DNA of 64,000 nt from Bacillota bacterium (lineage in GTDB: Bacteria > Bacillota > Clostridia > Lachnospirales > Lachnospiraceae), in assembly GCA_023435895.1 (NCBI GenBank), contig JAEZLH010000021.1:13997-77996 (forward strand). The letters are read 5' to 3'. Under the pieces are notes generated by a model. That model worked only from the letters and a program-made list of their open reading frames with translations, did no database searches and had not been told where the DNA came from. Of this stretch, positions 61,101-64,000 are shown in pieces. The translations under genes were made by a program, and so were the position numbers. Positions within the stretch are counted from its first letter, which is position 1. The number at the start of each line of letters is the position of its first letter.

Positions 61101-61502
61101 AACGGGGGACCTCCCACCTCTCTTGCCAAGATGCTTTCAAAGAACTCTGGCGGTGAGGGACAGAATCCTTTATATGTCGCATTACTGGCAAGCTTTGCAC
61201 AAGCTTACCGCATTAACCTGAATGGGAAGGTGAAAAGGAGAGCTACACCAAGATTGGTTATTCTGGATGAAGCCTTTTCTAAAATGGACGGGGAAAAGGT
61301 TGCAACCTGTATTTCGTTAATGAATTCTCTGCAGGTGCAAGCAATCATTAGTGCACCCAATGATAAAATACAAAATTATACAGAGAACGTGGATAAGATA
61401 TTCCTATTCGCTAACCAGAATAAAACCCGTATCTCCATAGAAGAGTTTGAACAGAACCGCTTTTACGAATTACTAGAGAATTTGGAAGGCGAAGAGTTAT
61501 AG
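58149..61502 (+). CDS. jetC: Wadjet JetC-like SMC ATPase
   Basis: LNNWH, Walker A GHSGSGKS, FFNKAA, long coiled coils, DYRTYLTF, signature SGGEGQ, Walker B ILDEAFSKMD. Confidence 0.9.
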   Translation: MNNRFLAMTKMCLNNWHYINKRVLNYSQVVNFFTGHSGSGKSTVIDALQMIFYADTTGRGFFNKAAKEDSNRTLIEYLRGMIQIEENNSIKYLRNRNFSSTVVLEFEDTQTKSCQCIGVAFDVDTSNNMITKQWFWHGGSIPEHQYRNEEEKAFNIAELKDYLKKNYPQDEYFFTSTDGRFRNEIYNNYFGGLPDERFIALFKKAIPFKMDMKLDDFIKNYIFTEVNIRIDDMKDSVAQYSNLKLKLEDTRREIDLLLDVQNQYRKYEQCCDKELQYGYNLDCLEIKLAKQNIEYNQSQLETLDKDILSLKETAGRLTDQIKTMQLERDEVAGFIQNSGYTHLLEQLKLLSQNIDMLGRSKARYDQIAHKLGAWESTNLLKSSTIEAIKKFGNYNTEITEMEAIRSDINEVKEALEEEKAECNKELHFLKETIRDTVNEIELLQKGQKNYSQVLLETKQKLTQMLSEYYGKHIQVDILADVIEVEDESWLNAVEGYMGNQKTALMIHPDYTKKAMDFYRALDPKKYHQVAVVDTEKVLHYTKTPMENSLAQEVSANEDYVRAYLDYLLGRVIKCNSTEELKENQSGITKDGVLYQGFKLQHIDPKKYTEYAYIGQGAIIKRLEGAKEKLAKLNEEKSPIEHRNRELSEILSFEDFQRVEEYVEWSKDIEALIKAERERSECQNKIEELKATDLEIWQTKLKELEKVLEESRTRKSQAEGYAVAKGNKQKEISELLITLHEELMEKTKLFVPDEVRDSAYEAFMQEQAGKRSDYIKQRLYNELEEIKNRKDQEYTSLIERRQGHYDCYSYRGFSVTSRDNEDYENLLAILSSEKLVEFTEKANRQAQIAIKHFKSDFVYKIRAAIQDAQKQKNDLNQVLEQLDFGKDKYSFSVTKNTGEEGKFYEMFMNKDLEINPKQLDHNMDGQVDLFSMSHENEYNEIMNELLEMFMPPANSDAKTLETARANMERYADYRTYLTFDMNQRVNGGPPTSLAKMLSKNSGGEGQNPLYVALLASFAQAYRINLNGKVKRRATPRLVILDEAFSKMDGEKVATCISLMNSLQVQAIISAPNDKIQNYTENVDKIFLFANQNKTRISIEEFEQNRFYELLENLEGEEL

Positions 61503-61524
61503 ACGGTGGTTATATAGAAAAAGG

Positions 61525-61556
61525 AAAAGCTTCGAGAAATGCTTCTCGAAGCTTTT
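61525..61556. terminator. Intrinsic terminator directly after jetC
   Basis: AAAAGCTTCGAGAA-ATGC-TTCTCGAAGCTTTT. Confidence 0.85.
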
Positions 61557-61562
61557 GTACAT

Positions 61563-61627
61563 GTGAGCACAGTATGAAAACTAGAGAACCGCCGTGTACC
61601 GAACGGTACGCATGGTGGTATGGTAGG
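61563..61627 (+). mobile_element. Minimal group IIC intron remnant (5'-end-like sequence plus domain V)
   Basis: GAACCGCCGTGTACC-GAAC-GGTACGCATGGTGGT (61586-61619) fits IIC domain V with CGC triad; GTGAGCACAGTATG begins 6 nt after the terminator. Confidence 0.7.
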
Positions 61628-61740
61628 AATTATGTCATTAAGTCAAGAATCGGAAATTAAAAATAAAAATTTCTTTTTAGTCTTTGGAGTTTATTTGAAT
61701 GACTTTCTCATCTGTAACTTTACTTTTAAGCCACTACAGC

Positions 61741-62496
61741 TTAATTAAAATATTTGGTAATCACTTTGTTGTAAAACGGAACTATATATTGAAGAGGTTC
61801 ATAGTTGTATACATCAAGGTCAGATTGCTTCAGCGTCTTGCTTTTTACATTTGCCTTTTGTTCATCAGTTGGTATAGCAAACATTCCTTCGTAATCACAA
61901 GTTGGCCAGTATCCTTTGTTCGTATCATCATATTGAAGGAACATAAGATATTTCTTATCTTTGACTGGCGGTTTCATCGCTGAATTGGAGATTAATTGTT
62001 CTTTCCCGCTAGGATAGGTCCATCTATAATAGTCATGCAATAAAACCAACTTATCTTTGATTTTTACATCTCCTTTATATACTTTCGTTACTTCAATTTC
62101 CCATTTTGTATAACCTGAACCGGGTAAATCTTGTTTTAATTCGGAATCATAAGAGGTATCCACCTCCTGCCCGGTAACCTCCTTCGGAACTGCTTCAACA
62201 ATTACAGTGGATTTAGTTTCCACTGGCTTTATATCTTCATATAATTCTCTTTCAGCGGTATTACCAGTATATACAACCTCTATGTCAGCAGGAATGTCAG
62301 CTAGATGCTCCGCAGATGGAGTAACTGAAGGAATATCAGTCACATTCTCTGTTGCCTGGGTAACTGAGGGATGATTAGTCACACTCCCTACAGACTTAGA
62401 ATCAGTGGGATGGTTAGAAACATCCGTATCCTTGCAGGAAGCAAATAATAATATGAACGATATACTAGCAAGTAATAAAATAATCATTTTTTTCAT
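61741..62496 (-). CDS. Hypothetical lipoprotein with Pro/Ser/Thr repeat linker
   Basis: Lipobox FASC, repeats NHPT/NHPSVT/DIPSVT, EVTKVYKGD, KYLMFL; AAGGAG RBS. Confidence 0.8.
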   Translation of the reverse strand: MKKMIILLLASISFILLFASCKDTDVSNHPTDSKSVGSVTNHPSVTQATENVTDIPSVTPSAEHLADIPADIEVVYTGNTAERELYEDIKPVETKSTVIVEAVPKEVTGQEVDTSYDSELKQDLPGSGYTKWEIEVTKVYKGDVKIKDKLVLLHDYYRWTYPSGKEQLISNSAMKPPVKDKKYLMFLQYDDTNKGYWPTCDYEGMFAIPTDEQKANVKSKTLKQSDLDVYNYEPLQYIVPFYNKVITKYFN

Positions 62497-62519
62497 TTTA
62501 TTAACTCTCCTTTTTACGT

Positions 62520-62648
62520 TTAAGAACCTCATTTTGATTTTATTATAGTCCTGTCATCTGAACTTATAGTAGCGGCTATATGTACAGTATCTGACATGCT
62601 TTGATTCATATCTGACCCAGCATGAATAGGCATTGAAGGATGGCTGAG
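62520..62648 (-). pseudogene. Possible C-terminal remnant of a matrixin-like zinc metallopeptidase
   Basis: LSHP...SDMNQ...TISSDDRTIIKSK*GS* (TGA where Trp would fit); HExxH part absent. Confidence 0.35.
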
Positions 62649-63017
62649 AAGAAAATATTGGTAAATACATACAATGTAACATATCGTGACATATATGTAA
62701 ATAATTATTATGTTCAAAATATATCTCTAGGGTCAACTCTTTATGTTTTGGTCAGTATCTGAATTAAAGATTAGTACTCAATAACCGTAATTTATAGATA
62801 TAAGCATTGATTATTAATAATGTCGAGTGAAGTAGAAGAGGTAAAATAGTTAATGTGCTACACGAACTTAACTTTGGTTTTTACATAGAAAATCCCATAA
62901 TAGTCATCCGTTAATGTAAGTAAAAAAGATAAAAGGCTATTCTCTCATGATAGAGGAGTAGGAGACTAGTCAAATTTATATATACTAGATCTATTGCGGG
63001 AAAATTTAATTTAAGTA

Positions 63018-63100
63018 TATTTACTTGACAAGTAAATAAAAATAGTTATAATTAAGTTAAACGGTTAACTTCCTTGTATCTATTTGGTTAACCGATTAAT
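63018..63100 (+). promoter_or_regulatory. Sigma-A promoter with LacI-type operators
   Basis: TTGACA 63025-16 bp-TATAAT 63047; AGTTAAACGGTTAACT 63055-63070 and GGTTAACCGATTAAT 63086-63100; perfect palindrome 63018-63038. Confidence 0.75.
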
Positions 63101-63123
63101 GAACAATATATGGAGGCAAATAA

Positions 63124-64000
63124 ATGGGAAAGATTGCAGATAGATATTTTGAGGTGGATCCATGGTCAGTCATGGAACGAGGGTTTGATTCCTCCCATGG
63201 CTTAGTGAGTGAGTCCATCTTTTCGCTGGGCAATGAATATATGGGGGTTCGAGGATATTTTGAAGAAGGATATGGTGGTGAAAAGCATGTGGGAAGTTAT
63301 TTTAACGGTTTCTATGAAGAGACACCCATCTATCATCCCGCTAGATATAAAGGCTTTGTAGACATATCAAGAGATATGACCAATACGGTAGACTGGTTAT
63401 ACATTCGGATTTTAATTGATGGAGAGCAACTGGATTTGGGAACCAGCACCTATGAGGATTATAGTAGGAAATTGGATTTTAAAACAGGCATTTTAACAAG
63501 ATCCTTTGTTTGGACTACAAAAACAGGGAAGAAGTTAAGAATAAGCTTTGAACGATTACTCAGTATGAAGGTGAATTATCTTGCTTGTCAACATATCAGT
63601 CTGGAGCCGCTTAACTTCACTGGGGAATTAGAGTTAATATCTGGTATGGATTTCTCCATTCATGCTCCATACTTTAAAGAAGGAAATTGTAGTTACATAC
63701 ATAGCGATAAAATAGAAAATATCTATGCAATACTTGGCGAGACCAAACGAAGTGGGCTTAGGATTTATTCAAGTTACCGAATGGAGTGTAACGATAAACT
63801 TAGAGAAGAAACAATCAGGGAGGAACAGTTCTTTGGTAATCGTTTTCATCTAATGTTACAGGAAGGGAAAGCCACGGAGCTGAATAAAATCGTCATTAAT
63901 TATGCTGCAACTAAGCAGGATGACAAAGAATTAGTATGGGATAAGGGATATGAACTATCACAAAAGTATTCTACAGCTAACTATGAACAGATAAAGCAGG
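63124..64000 (+). CDS. GH65 glycoside phosphorylase/hydrolase, truncated by the window end
   Basis: Not in the ORF track; manual translation MGKIADRYFEVDPW...SESIFSLGNEYMGVRGYFEEG; GGAGG RBS. Confidence 0.9.
   Translation, partial: MGKIADRYFEVDPWSVMERGFDSSHGLVSESIFSLGNEYMGVRGYFEEGYGGEKHVGSYFNGFYEETPIYHPARYKGFVDISRDMTNTVDWLYIRILIDGEQLDLGTSTYEDYSRKLDFKTGILTRSFVWTTKTGKKLRISFERLLSMKVNYLACQHISLEPLNFTGELELISGMDFSIHAPYFKEGNCSYIHSDKIENIYAILGETKRSGLRIYSSYRMECNDKLREETIREEQFFGNRFHLMLQEGKATELNKIVINYAATKQDDKELVWDKGYELSQKYSTANYEQIKQ

Noticed and set aside
95..62736. Many 60-130 aa ORFs overlapping long genes (e.g. 3563-3952, 15272-15619, 58272-58583)
   Set aside because: Antisense or alternative-frame shadows of well-supported genes, with no recognisable motifs.
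1..64000. CRISPR arrays, tRNA/rRNA genes, prophage, intact transposases
   Set aside because: No repeat-spacer pattern, recognisable structural RNA gene, or phage/transposase motifs seen by eye.

Overview
AT-rich Bacillota chromosomal segment; the gene repertoire suggests a Lachnospiraceae/Clostridia-type anaerobe (inference). Family assignments rest on visible motifs and recalled family features, not database searches. From start to end: (1) 1-16.2 kb, a carbohydrate locus with six esterases/deacylases lacking evident signal peptides, two divergent GH13_18 sucrose-phosphorylase-family enzymes, a P-loop kinase, a sugar ABC importer and an MFS transporter. (2) Two paralogous modules (18.2-26.7 kb and 39.6-48.1 kb), each a two-component system divergent from a ~750-aa lipoprotein, two sugar-type ABC permeases and a membrane-fusion adaptor (plus a MacB-like protein in copy 1), with no ATPase and shared TTAGAG repeats at 11-bp period. 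(3) Secreted Ig-like and WG-repeat proteins, assorted enzymes, a cold-shock gene and XRE regulators. (4) A c-di-GMP cluster. (5) A Wadjet-like jetABC operon that ends at a terminator without jetD, preceded by a 748-aa protein with a divergent Nudix-like domain and followed by a minimal group IIC intron remnant. (6) The start of a GH65 gene with LacI-type operators. No rRNA, tRNA, CRISPR array or intact transposase was seen.
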